Shown here in pieces: positions 12,018 to 20,419 of a stretch of 32,000 nt of DNA. Under the pieces are notes generated by a model. The model worked only from the letters and a program-made list of their open reading frames with translations, made no database searches and had not been told where the DNA came from. Both the position numbers and the translations under genes were made by a program. How positions within the stretch are numbered: the first letter of the stretch is position 1; each line of letters starts with the position of its first letter. The DNA is from Cupriavidus necator (GTDB taxonomy: Bacteria > Pseudomonadota > Gammaproteobacteria > Burkholderiales > Burkholderiaceae): assembly GCF_016127575.1 (NCBI RefSeq), contig NZ_CP066018.1:1500001-1532000 (forward strand), written 5' to 3'.

Positions 12018-13784
12018 TCAGCCCTTGAGCGTTTGCTCCAGCACGTGCAGTTCATGGTTGAGCTGCGCGTCCTTGCTGCGTTCGTCGGCGATCTTGCGCA
12101 CGGCATGCAGCACGGTGGTGTGGTCGCGGCCGCCAAAGAGCTCGCCGATTTCGGGCAGGCTCTTCTGCGTCAGCTCCTTGGCCAGGTACATCGCAATCTG
12201 GCGCGGCCGTGCAATATTGGCAGGGCGCTTTTTCGAATACATGTCAGCGACCTTGATGTTGTAGAAATCCGCGCAGGTCTTCTGGATGTTCTCCACGGAG
12301 ATCTGGCGGTTCTGCACAGTCAGCAGGTCCTTGAGCGCTTCGCGCGTCACCTCGATGGTGATGTCCTTGCCGTGGAAGTTGCTGAACGCCAGGATCTTGC
12401 GCAACGCGCCTTCCAGCTCGCGCACGTTTGAGCGCAGGTGCTTGGCGACAAAGAAGGCAACCTCTTCGGGCACGTTGACGTTTTCCGCGGCGGCCTTCTT
12501 CATCAGGATGGCCACGCGCATTTCCAGCTCGGGCGGCTCGATGGCCACGGTCAGGCCCGAGTCGAAGCGCGAGATCAGGCGGTCGTCGATGCCGGAAATC
12601 TCTTTCGGGTAGGTATCGCTGGTGATGATCACCTGCGCCCGGTTGGCAATCAGGGCCTCAAAGGCATAGAAGAACTCTTCCTGCGTGCGGTTCTTGCCGG
12701 AGAAGAACTGGATATCGTCGATCAGCAGCAGGTCCAGCGAGTGGTAGTAGCGCTTGAACTCGTCGAACGCCTTGCGCTGGTACGCCTTGACCACGTCGGA
12801 CACGTACTGCTCGGCGTGGATGTAGCGGATGCGCGCGCGCGGGTTCTCCAGCAACATGAAGTTGCCGATGGCGTGGATCAGGTGAGTCTTGCCGAGGCCC
12901 ACGCCGCCATAGAGATACAGCGGGTTGTACGACTTGCCCGGGTTGTTGGCCACCTGGATGGCCGCGGCGCGGGCCAGCTGGTTGGCTTTACCAGTGACGA
13001 AGTTGTCAAAGGTCAGGATCGGGTTCAGGCGCGAGCGCTCATGCACCGTGTCGCTGGGCTGGTGGCCGGGCATCGGCGTGGCGCCGCCCATCTGCTGGTG
13101 CGGCTGCTGCTGGGGTTGCTGCGGCGGCGCGCGGTAGGAGCGGGCGCTGGCTTCGGCGGGGTCCATCTGGACCACGTCGATCTCACCCATGTCGGCGCCG
13201 TGCGGCTGGTGGCCGTGCTGGCCAGGGTGGGGCTGGCCGCGCGCACCGGCCGGGACCGGTGCGGCGGACGGCATGCCGGCCGGATTGCCCGGGTTGCCCG
13301 GATTGCCATAGGGCGGTTGCCCCATGCCGTAGCCGGCCGCGCTGACCGGCTCGCCATAGCCATAGCCGGGCTGCTGGCCGGGCATGGCGAACGGCGGCTG
13401 GCCCATGGCCTGGCCGCCCATCGGCTGGGCGCCGGGATAGCCGCCCATGCCCGTACCCGGTGCTGCGTGGCCGTCCATGCCGCCCGGGCCCATGCCGGGC
13501 TGGGCCGGCTGCATATAGGCAGCGGCACGGCCCGAAGCGGCGGGATCCAGCACGAACTGGACGCTGACCTGCGCCTCCCAGTACTCGCAGGCCAGTGCGG
13601 TGATGCGCCCCGAAAACTGGCTCTTGACCCAGTCCAGCTTGAAACGGTTGGGCGCGGCAATGCGCAGCGCGTGCGTTTCTTCATCGAACGCAACGGGCGC
13701 CAGCGGCTTGATCCACGTTTTGAACTGTTGCGGCGTCAGCTCGCGCTCTAGTTGCGCTGCTGCCGCCTGCCAGAAATCTTGCAT
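12018..13784 (-). CDS. dnaA: Chromosomal replication initiator protein DnaA, 588 aa from the conserved start
   Basis: The conserved domain I start is [28 protein letters not shown]. The AAA+ Walker A is [14 protein letters not shown]. The domain IV DnaA signature is [16 protein letters not shown] trimmed the track ORF (to 13922) to the ATG at 13784-13782. The upstream 46 codons ([32 protein letters not shown]...) are Arg/Cys-rich and do not resemble DnaA domain I. Confidence 0.95.
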   Translation of the reverse strand: MQDFWQAAAAQLERELTPQQFKTWIKPLAPVAFDEETHALRIAAPNRFKLDWVKSQFSGRITALACEYWEAQVSVQFVLDPAASGRAAAYMQPAQPGMGPGGMDGHAAPGTGMGGYPGAQPMGGQAMGQPPFAMPGQQPGYGYGEPVSAAGYGMGQPPYGNPGNPGNPAGMPSAAPVPAGARGQPHPGQHGHQPHGADMGEIDVVQMDPAEASARSYRAPPQQPQQQPHQQMGGATPMPGHQPSDTVHERSRLNPILTFDNFVTGKANQLARAAAIQVANNPGKSYNPLYLYGGVGLGKTHLIHAIGNFMLLENPRARIRYIHAEQYVSDVVKAYQRKAFDEFKRYYHSLDLLLIDDIQFFSGKNRTQEEFFYAFEALIANRAQVIITSDTYPKEISGIDDRLISRFDSGLTVAIEPPELEMRVAILMKKAAAENVNVPEEVAFFVAKHLRSNVRELEGALRKILAFSNFHGKDITIEVTREALKDLLTVQNRQISVENIQKTCADFYNIKVADMYSKKRPANIARPRQIAMYLAKELTQKSLPEIGELFGGRDHTTVLHAVRKIADERSKDAQLNHELHVLEQTLKG

Positions 13785-14064
13785 TGTTTGTTTTTTGGTA
13801 ATCGTACCCGGCCGCAAATCAGCGGTTCCCCCGGCACGCCACAAGCAGCATCTACGCCGCGCGATCCGGGCCATCCTTACCGTATTAGGAATCAATTCCG
13901 TTCGGTGAGGCCTCCGCGGCATGCCAATGCAGCAGCAAGCGAGCCTTCAGGCTCGCCGCACTGGCGTGCGTTCAGTCATGCGTTGCCGCGGTGGGGGCCC
14001 GGGTTGCGCCTGCGCCACGCAGCCCGTGTTGTGTTTGGACCCGGATTGTACCCCCGCCCCTGAG

Positions 14065-14093
14065 TTATCCACAAAGGATAAGTCTGTGGATAA
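14065..14093. promoter_or_regulatory. Two perfect consensus DnaA boxes in inverted orientation (TTATCCACA ... TGTGGATAA), 11 bp apart
   Basis: TTATCCACA is at 14065-14073 and TGTGGATAA at 14085-14093. With one flanking base each they form 10-bp palindromic arms (GTTATCCACA / TGTGGATAAC, 14064-14094). They lie in the divergent dnaA/rpmH intergenic region. Confidence 0.8.
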
Positions 14094-14152
14094 CTTGTGC
14101 AAATGCAGTGGATTTGTGTGCACAACCCTTGGTGCGATGCGGCTTTCCGGGG

Positions 14153-14294
14153 TGTGGAAACGGGGGAAATCTCAGGCAAAACAGGGACTTCGCCTGTGGA
14201 TGGATGCGGTAGAGGTGGCCCTCGGGACACTTGCAGTTACCCACTGGCCTTTGTGGACAATGGCGCACCACGGGCCACAGACGGGTGTGGCAAT
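14153..14294. promoter_or_regulatory. Array of degenerate DnaA-box-like 9-mers with a TGTGG core, all in the same orientation
   Basis: The 9-mers are TGTGGAAAC (14153-14161, 2 mismatches) and TGTGGATGG (14195-14203, 2 mismatches). Also TGTGGACAA (14252-14260, 1 mismatch) and TGTGGCAAT (14286-14294, 3 mismatches). All are oriented like the perfect box at 14085. Confidence 0.45.
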
Positions 14295-14320
14295 TGTGCC
14301 GGTGCACATAGTCTTGCGCC

Positions 14321-14349
14321 TTGACATTGCCGCAGAAAATCGGTTAAAT
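14321..14349 (+). promoter_or_regulatory. Candidate sigma70 promoter facing rpmH
   Basis: TTGACA (14321-14326) is followed by a 17-nt spacer and then TTAAAT (14344-14349). This would imply a leader of about 245 nt before the rpmH ATG. Pattern match only. Confidence 0.35.
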
Positions 14350-14600
14350 GCCGGGTTCTGCGATGCGGCAGGGGATCACGTATGCGCATCGCCGGGTCTG
14401 GCCTGTTCGTGCCGTCCTTGCTAACAGGTTAGCGACCTGCACATGCATAAACACGGCCGGCAGCAAGACAGAACCAGAATCGTCGGCAATCCCGCTGCAG
14501 TGTCTTGCCAGCGGCAGCCCCATGCGAACCATACGCGGCGGCCACGGCACCCCGGCACCGGCCGGTGTCAGGCGCGCCCAGATCAACCAGAGAGTGCAAC

Positions 14601-14735
14601 ATGAAACGTACCTACCAACCTTCCGTTACCCGCCGCAAGCGTACCCACGGCTTCCGTGTCCGCATGAAGACCCGCGGCGGCCGTGCCGTCATCAACGCAC
14701 GCCGCGCCAAGGGCCGCAAGCGCCTGGCCATCTGA
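14601..14735 (+). CDS. rpmH: 50S ribosomal protein L34, 44 aa
   Basis: The protein [44 protein letters not shown] is a near-universal L34 sequence. I used the internal ATG at 14601 within track ORF 14505-14735. Confidence 0.97.
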   Translation: MKRTYQPSVTRRKRTHGFRVRMKTRGGRAVINARRAKGRKRLAI

Positions 14736-14868
14736 GGCCGGGGCGACTGGTATGACGGCGCGCACTGCGTTGCCGTCATGGCCTGACGCCTCACCTCAGG
14801 GACGGCCGGCAGCTTGCCGCAGGGCTCAGCTAGTTAGTCAGCAGTATCTCTCGCCAGCATTGCCCAGC

Positions 14869-15306
14869 GTGTCTGCCCATGCCTTCCCCAAAGCCGCAAG
14901 GCTGACAAAGACGGATGAGTTTTCATCCGTTTTTGCTTTGCGGCCCCGGCGTCGCAGCCCGCATTTCGTGCTCTATGTGCGCGCCAATGACCGGCCGGAA
15001 GGCCGCCTTGGCGTGGTGGTGGGCAAGAAGTTCGCGCCGCGCGCCGCTGAGCGCAACCTGGTGAAGCGCATGGCGCGCGAGCTGTTCCGCCAGCGCCGTG
15101 AGCACCTGGCCGGGCGCGACGTACTGCTGCGCCTGCAAGCCAGGTTCCCGCGCGCGGAATTTGCGACGCGCGCGGCGGTCAGACAGGCGTGCCTGGCGGA
15201 AATCACCAGCTTGCTGGAAATTGCCGCCAGGCCGCTGCCGCCACCGCCGGCGGCAAACCCCGCTCCGCCTGCGCCACCCAGCCAGGCACCGGGCCTTCCA
15301 GCCTGA
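14869..15306 (+). CDS. rnpA: Ribonuclease P protein component; start codon uncertain
   Basis: [35 protein letters not shown]...[28 protein letters not shown] matches the RnpA core, and the gene follows rpmH as expected. I chose the in-frame GTG at 14869. The TTG at 14860 and the ATG at 14752 are alternatives. The track ORF start at 14683 overlaps rpmH and is unlikely. Confidence 0.8.
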
Positions 15307-15316
15307 CCACCCCGCC

Positions 15317-15628
15317 ATGAAGCCGATCCTGCTAGCCCTGCTGCGTATCTACAAGATCGCCCTGAGTCCTTACCTGGGCTCGCGTTGCCGCTTCCTGCCG
15401 ACCTGTTCCGACTACGCCCGCGACGCCGTCATCCATCACGGCGCCGCGCGCGGCAGCTGGATGGCCGCCTGCCGGCTGTGCCGCTGCCATCCTTTCGCCC
15501 AAGGCGGGTATGATCCCGTGCCGGGCACGGAAGCTGACGACACTGCCAGGCCGGACACCCACGCGGGCCGTTCCGTCCATGCCGCCGCAGGCCATGCGCC
15601 TGTTGCGATCCGTCTGCCCAGACCCTGA
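15317..15628 (+). CDS. yidD: Membrane protein insertion efficiency factor YidD, 103 aa
   Basis: [62 protein letters not shown] is the YidD signature. The ATG at 15317 lies inside track ORF 15098-15628. The gene sits between rnpA and yidC. Confidence 0.9.
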
Positions 15629-15649
15629 TTTCTCCGACCACAGCCAGAC

Positions 15650-17317
15650 ATGGATATCAAACGCACCATCCTCTGGGTCATCTTCTCGATGTCCCTCGTG
15701 CTGCTCTACGACAACTGGCAGCGCTCCCAAGGCCATGCGTCGATGTTCTTCCCGAGCACGACCCAACAGGCCGCCTCGGCGCCCGCCGCCAGCGGCGCTG
15801 CCGCGCAGGGCGACGTGCCCAAGGCCAACGTGGCGCCAGGCGCAGCGGGTACCGCTGCCCCGGCCGCGCCGCAGGCCGCGGCCCAGCCCACCGGCGAGAA
15901 GGTCGTGGTGACCACCGACACGGTGCGCGCCGAGATCGACACCGCCGGCGGCATCGTGTCGCGCCTGGAGCTGCTCAAGGAGCATGAGAAGGACGGCAAG
16001 CCGGTGGTGCTGTTCGAGCGTGACAACGTGCGCACCTACATGGCACGCTCGGGCCTGATCGGCGGCGACCTGCCCAACCACACCACGGTGTTCACCGCCG
16101 CCCCGGGCCCGCGCACGCTGGACGGCGCCGAGCAGCTGGAAGTGGCGCTGACCGCCGAGAAGAACGGCGTGAAGCTGGTCAAGACCTATGTGTTCCGCAA
16201 GGGCAGCTATGTGGTCGACACCAAATTCGCGGTGACCAACGCGGGTGCCGCGCCGGTCTCGCCGACGCTGTACCTGGAGCTGGCGCGCGACGGCAGCAAG
16301 GTCGAGCAGTCGCAGTTCTACAGCACCTTCACCGGCCCGGCCGTCTACACCGACGCCGACAAGTACCACAAGATCGACTTCGAAGACATCGCCAAGGGCA
16401 AGGCCACCGTGCCGGCCGCCGCCAACAATGGCTGGGTGGCGATGGTGCAGCATTACTTTGCCTCGGCCTGGATCCCGCAGACCGGCAAGGAGCACAGCTT
16501 CTACGTCCAGCAGATCGATCCGCACCTGTACCGCGTGGGCGTGCAGCAGCCGCTGGGTGAACTGGCCCCGGGCGCCACGGTGACCACCGATGCACGCCTG
16601 TTCGCCGGCCCGCAGGAAGAGCACATGCTCGAGAAGATCGCCCCGGGCCTGGAGCTGGTGAAGGACTATGGCTGGCTGACCATCCTGGCCAAGCCGCTGT
16701 TCTGGCTGCTGGAGAAGCTGCACGGCTTCCTGGGCAACTGGGGCTGGTCGATCATCGCGCTGACGGTGCTGATCAAGCTGGTGTTCTTCCCGCTGTCGGC
16801 GGCGAGCTACAAGTCCATGGGCAAGATGAAGGACCTGCAGCCGCGCATGACGTCGATCCGCGAGCGTTACAAGAACGACCCGCAGAAGATGAACCAGGAG
16901 ATGATGGGGCTGTACAAGACCGAGAAGGTCAACCCGCTCGGCGGCTGCCTGCCCATCGTGATCCAGATCCCGGTGTTCATCGCGCTGTACTGGGTGCTGC
17001 TGTCGTCGGTGGAAATGCGCGGCGCGCCGTGGCTGGGCTGGATCCATGACCTGTCGGTGCCGGATCCGTTCTACATTCTGCCGATCGTGATGGCCGTGTC
17101 GATGTTCGTGCAGACCAAGCTGAACCCGACCCCGCCGGACCCGGTGCAGGCCAAGGTTATGATGATCATGCCGCTGGTGTTCTCGGTGATGTTCTTCTTC
17201 TTCCCGGCGGGCCTGGTGCTGTACTGGGTGGTGAACAACATCCTGTCGATCGCCCAGCAATGGCAGATCAACCGCATGCTCGGCAAGGGCAAGGCGGCAG
17301 TGGTGGCGAAGAGCTGA
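15650..17317 (+). CDS. yidC: Membrane protein insertase YidC, 555 aa
   Basis: Has an N-terminal TM segment, a large periplasmic domain, and the conserved C-terminal core ([36 protein letters not shown]...[19 protein letters not shown]...). Follows the canonical rpmH-rnpA-yidD-yidC order. Confidence 0.97.
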   Translation: MDIKRTILWVIFSMSLVLLYDNWQRSQGHASMFFPSTTQQAASAPAASGAAAQGDVPKANVAPGAAGTAAPAAPQAAAQPTGEKVVVTTDTVRAEIDTAGGIVSRLELLKEHEKDGKPVVLFERDNVRTYMARSGLIGGDLPNHTTVFTAAPGPRTLDGAEQLEVALTAEKNGVKLVKTYVFRKGSYVVDTKFAVTNAGAAPVSPTLYLELARDGSKVEQSQFYSTFTGPAVYTDADKYHKIDFEDIAKGKATVPAAANNGWVAMVQHYFASAWIPQTGKEHSFYVQQIDPHLYRVGVQQPLGELAPGATVTTDARLFAGPQEEHMLEKIAPGLELVKDYGWLTILAKPLFWLLEKLHGFLGNWGWSIIALTVLIKLVFFPLSAASYKSMGKMKDLQPRMTSIRERYKNDPQKMNQEMMGLYKTEKVNPLGGCLPIVIQIPVFIALYWVLLSSVEMRGAPWLGWIHDLSVPDPFYILPIVMAVSMFVQTKLNPTPPDPVQAKVMMIMPLVFSVMFFFFPAGLVLYWVVNNILSIAQQWQINRMLGKGKAAVVAKS

Positions 17318-17340
17318 AGCTGTTGCAGGTTGCGGTAAGC

Positions 17341-17375
17341 AAAAAAGCCCGGCAGTGATGCCGGGCTTTTTGTTT
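17341..17375. terminator. Bidirectional intrinsic terminator between convergent yidC and the rubredoxin gene
   Basis: The sequence is AAAAAA-GCCCGGCA-GTGA-TGCCGGGC-TTTTTGTTT. It forms a perfect 8-bp GC-rich stem (17347-17354 / 17359-17366) with a 4-nt loop and A and T tracts on either side. Confidence 0.85.
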
Positions 17376-17424
17376 GATGGATCGGGGCGCTGACAGCCAT
17401 CACCCCTCATTGGCCACCGCCCGC

Positions 17425-17589
17425 CTATAGCGCAACCATGTCGAAATCCGCTTTCGCCATGCCGCAGTCCGGGCAGCTCCACTCCAGCGGGACCGCGCCC
17501 CACGGCGTGCCGGGCGCGATCCCGTGCTCGGGCATGCCGAGCGCTTCTTCATAAACGAATCCACAGATACGGCACTGCCAGATGGTCAT
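17425..17589 (-). CDS. Rubredoxin, 54 aa
   Basis: The protein is [54 protein letters not shown]. It carries the two CxxC knuckles (CRIC and CPDC) and conserved aromatic residues. ATG at 17589-17587 overlaps the stop of the upstream gene (ATGA). Confidence 0.92.
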   Translation of the reverse strand: MTIWQCRICGFVYEEALGMPEHGIAPGTPWGAVPLEWSCPDCGMAKADFDMVAL

Positions 17590-18461
17590 GCGGCCCCCCG
17601 CAGCGAGGGCGCACGGGTGGAGACGCCGGCGGCGCGCGCGGTGTTTTCGATCTCTTCGACCAGCGGGGCGATGCGCGCCAGCTCGGCGCGGTTGTCGTCG
17701 TCCCACGGATGGAAGCCCGGGCGGAAGTAGCTGAGCCATTCCGGGATCATCTTGGGCAGCACGCCGGGCGAGGCCCACAAAAAGCGCAGCACGCCGCCAA
17801 ACCCGGTCAGCTTGTTGCGGCAGCCCTTGTCGCCCATCACCAGCGCGATGTGGAACACGAACACCATGGCCCAGAACGTCACCGTGGTGGTCAGCATGGT
17901 GAAGGTGCGCAGGAAGTAGCGGTAGGGGCCGGGCTTCATCACCGTGTTCCAGACATCGTAGGCCACGGCCTTGTGCTCGGTTTCTTCCAGTGCGTGCCAG
18001 GTCCACACCTGCCGGTAGCCGGTCTCAGAGGCCGCGCCCATGTGGCGCTGATCCTGCAGCAGGCCGCCGGCCAGCATCGCGGTGTAGTGCTCCAGCGCGA
18101 TGGTGTGGGCCAGCTGCCAGGACTTGGGCAGGATCTTGCGCAGCAGGTCCAGCAGCTTCCACACCGAGCGGTCCAGCGCCGCGGCGGGCAGGCCGGCGTC
18201 TTCCATCAGCCGGTTGTAGAGGATGTGCTCGCGCGTGTGCATCGCTTCCTGGCCGATAAAGCCGGCGATGGCGCGGCTCAGTCCGGGGTCTTTCACCTGG
18301 TCGCGGTAGTTGCGCACGCTGTCCATGAAGAAGCGCTCCCCGGCGGGGAAGAAGATCGACAGCGCGTTGATGAAATGGGTGACGTGACGGCCCCGTTCGT
18401 GCCAGTCGCTGATGCGTTCTGGCGGCAGGTGGGGATGCACGTCGCGGCGGACTGGCATCAT
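17586..18461 (-). CDS. Protein of the 'predicted metal-dependent hydrolase' type (PF10118-like, from memory), 291 aa, with a possible ferritin-like di-iron site
   Basis: ATG-ATG at 18461 is preceded by AAGGAGA, so I trimmed track ORF 17586-18674. The residues E42, E72xxH75, E124 and E160xxH163 are visible in the translation. A hydrophobic stretch occurs near residues 185-210. The gene is translationally coupled to the rubredoxin. Confidence 0.8.
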   Translation of the reverse strand: MMPVRRDVHPHLPPERISDWHERGRHVTHFINALSIFFPAGERFFMDSVRNYRDQVKDPGLSRAIAGFIGQEAMHTREHILYNRLMEDAGLPAAALDRSVWKLLDLLRKILPKSWQLAHTIALEHYTAMLAGGLLQDQRHMGAASETGYRQVWTWHALEETEHKAVAYDVWNTVMKPGPYRYFLRTFTMLTTTVTFWAMVFVFHIALVMGDKGCRNKLTGFGGVLRFLWASPGVLPKMIPEWLSYFRPGFHPWDDDNRAELARIAPLVEEIENTARAAGVSTRAPSLRGAA

Positions 18462-18508
18462 GGCGGTCTCCTTGGGTGACGGCCGGCGCGTGTTGCGCCG
18501 GCGGGGAT

Positions 18509-19471
18509 TTATTGGGCGGCCAGGAACGGCAGCAGGTCTGCTGCCACGCGTTGCGGGTCTTCTTCCATCGGCACATGGCCAAGCCCCGCGTAGCGGCGCA
18601 GCTGCGCGCCGGGGATGCGCTCGGTGAAGGCCTGCGCGTGCGCGGGCGGGATCCAGCGGTCGCGCTCGCCCCACAGCACCAGCGTGGGCGCGCGCACGCT
18701 GCCGAGCAGGTGGGTATCAAGCTGGGCAAAGTCGAGCCTGGGCACCATCTTGCCGACGGCCTCGCGGCTGCCTTCGGCGTAGAAGAAATCGACGTAGCGG
18801 CGGAAGGTGGACTCCGGCACGCGTGAAGCATCGCCATAGACGTCGCGCGTGGCGGCGCGGATGATGAACTCCGGCAGCATCCACGGTGCCGACCAGCGCA
18901 CCGGCGCATGGCGGAACAGGTCGATGTAGATCGGCAGCCGCATCTGGAAGCCGGCGGCGTCGATCAGCACCAGCTTGTCGACCGCATCGGGCCGGCGCAC
19001 CGCCAGGTCCCACCCGATCAGCCCGCCCAGCGAGTTGCCGATGATGCTGGCGCGGCGCACGTTCACCGCGGCCAGGAAGGCATCGATGAAGTCGCGGTAG
19101 CGGTGCACGTCCATGGTTTCGATGCGGCCGCGCGCATCGCGCAGCGGCCCGGTCAGCCCGAACGGGGCGAGGTCCAGCCGCAGCACGCGATAGCGCTGCG
19201 CCAGCGCCGGCACGATCCCCTGCCACGTATGCAGCGAAGCGCCGAAGCCGTGGATCAGCACCAGGGTCTCGCCGTCGGCGGGGCCTTCGTCGGTGTAGTG
19301 CACCATCGCATCCAGCACGCGCACCCAGCGCGAGGCCGGCAGCGCATGGCGCTGCGCCAGCGTGGCGCGCGACAGGCTGAACAGCCCTACGCGGCCCTGC
19401 CCGAACCAGCGCGTCAGCGCCCCCGGTGGCGCCAGCAGCGCAGCATCCTGTTCGATCGCGAGCCGGTTCAC
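18509..19471 (-). CDS. Alpha/beta-fold hydrolase (esterase/lipase-type), 320 aa
   Basis: The HG oxyanion motif (LVLIHGFGAS) and the nucleophile elbow GNSLGG (GxSxG) are present. A C-terminal His region reads YAGLGHVPMEE. The GTG start at 19471 overlaps the SDR stop (GTGA). Confidence 0.85.
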   Translation of the reverse strand: MNRLAIEQDAALLAPPGALTRWFGQGRVGLFSLSRATLAQRHALPASRWVRVLDAMVHYTDEGPADGETLVLIHGFGASLHTWQGIVPALAQRYRVLRLDLAPFGLTGPLRDARGRIETMDVHRYRDFIDAFLAAVNVRRASIIGNSLGGLIGWDLAVRRPDAVDKLVLIDAAGFQMRLPIYIDLFRHAPVRWSAPWMLPEFIIRAATRDVYGDASRVPESTFRRYVDFFYAEGSREAVGKMVPRLDFAQLDTHLLGSVRAPTLVLWGERDRWIPPAHAQAFTERIPGAQLRRYAGLGHVPMEEDPQRVAADLLPFLAAQ

Positions 19472-20358
19472 GGGCGCTCTCCCTGGCCGACCGAGGCCGG
19501 TGCGGCAACGGGGCCCAGATCGCGCTTGCGGCGCGTCTCGCGCACCACCAGCGACTGGTAGGCGGCGGGCAGCAGCCGCGCCATGGCATCGGCGGCGTAG
19601 GCGTCGGGTCCGATCAGCACGCGCCGGCGGTTGCGGCGCACGCCTTCCAGGATCACGCGCGCGGCCTTGTCGGGCGAGGTGATGAAGAATTTCTCGAACT
19701 CATCCTTGCCGTGCTGCGCGTCGCGCACCAGGAAGCCGTTGACGCTGGATGACACGCGGCTGGCCTGGGCGATATTAGTCTTGATGCCGCCCGGGTGCAC
19801 GGTGGTGGCCGACACGCCGCAGTCCATCAGGTCCAGCTCCTGCCGCAGCGATTCGGTGAAGCCGCGCACCGCGTACTTGCTGGCGTTGTAGGCGCCCATG
19901 CCGGGCTGGGCGAAGATGCCGAAGATGCTCGACGTATTGACCACGTGGCCGTCGCCGCTGGCCTTCAGGTACGGCAGGAAGGCCTTGGTGCCGTAGACCA
20001 CGCCCCAGAAGTTGATGCCCATGATCCATTCCAGGTCGTCGTAGCTCATGCCCTCGACGGTGCTGGACAGCGCCACGCCGGCGTTGTTGAAGATCAGGTT
20101 GATGCGGCCGTGGGCCTCGGCGGCCGCGGCGGCCCACGCGTAGACCGCGGCGCGGTCGGCCACATCCACGGTGTGCTGGGTGATGCGGGCCTGCGGTGCG
20201 GCGGCCATGGCCTGGGCCACGGTCTGCGCCAGCCCGGCCTCGTTGCGGTCTGACAGTGCCAGGTGGCAGCCCTGCCGTGCCAGCGCCACCGCCAGCGCGC
20301 GGCCGATGCCCGAGCCGGCGCCGGTGATCGCGGCAACCTTGTTGCGGAAGTCCTTCAT
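19468..20358 (-). CDS. Short-chain dehydrogenase/reductase (classical SDR), 296 aa
   Basis: Has the TGAGSGIG cofactor motif, NNAG, and the catalytic YNASK (YxxxK). The ATG at 20358 is preceded by AAGGAGA, so I trimmed track ORF 19468-20427. Confidence 0.9.
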   Translation of the reverse strand: MKDFRNKVAAITGAGSGIGRALAVALARQGCHLALSDRNEAGLAQTVAQAMAAAPQARITQHTVDVADRAAVYAWAAAAAEAHGRINLIFNNAGVALSSTVEGMSYDDLEWIMGINFWGVVYGTKAFLPYLKASGDGHVVNTSSIFGIFAQPGMGAYNASKYAVRGFTESLRQELDLMDCGVSATTVHPGGIKTNIAQASRVSSSVNGFLVRDAQHGKDEFEKFFITSPDKAARVILEGVRRNRRRVLIGPDAYAADAMARLLPAAYQSLVVRETRRKRDLGPVAAPASVGQGERP

Positions 20359-20419
20359 GTCCGGTCTCCTTCCGGTGATGTCGTTCTTTTGGGTGTGAAC
20401 CAGGGGGAATGCGTGTGCG

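Noticed and set aside
13785-13922. The 46-codon N-terminal extension of the dnaA ORF in the track. Similar upstream extensions occur for dnaN (to 11695), rpmH (from 14505), yidD (from 15098), the SDR (to 20427), the di-iron-like gene (to 18674), the GMC gene (from 23985) and lipoprotein B (from 29514).
   Set aside because: These longest-ORF starts add Arg/Pro-rich non-homologous residues, or overlap upstream genes. The internal ATGs coincide with the conserved N-termini. Most also have Shine-Dalgarno motifs, although dnaA, yidD and the GMC gene do not.
13921-14424. A 167-aa ORF (and other overlapping ORFs) inside the dnaA/rpmH intergenic region
   Set aside because: It lacks GC3 bias and a ribosome-binding site, and its translation is Cys/Arg/Trp-rich. 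The region is better explained by DnaA boxes and promoters.
15332-17503. A 723-aa ORF antisense to yidD and yidC
   Set aside because: Its translation is Arg/His/Gly/Leu-rich nonsense with no recognisable motifs. It exactly mirrors a strongly supported, GC3-biased gene. Long antisense ORFs are expected in high-GC DNA.
18025-19589. Alternative-frame minus-strand ORFs 18025-18909 and 18717-19589, overlapping the alpha/beta hydrolase and the di-iron-like gene
   Set aside because: Their translations are Arg/Pro/Ala-rich with no motifs. The chosen frames carry the GxSxG, HG and ExxH motifs and have proper start contexts.
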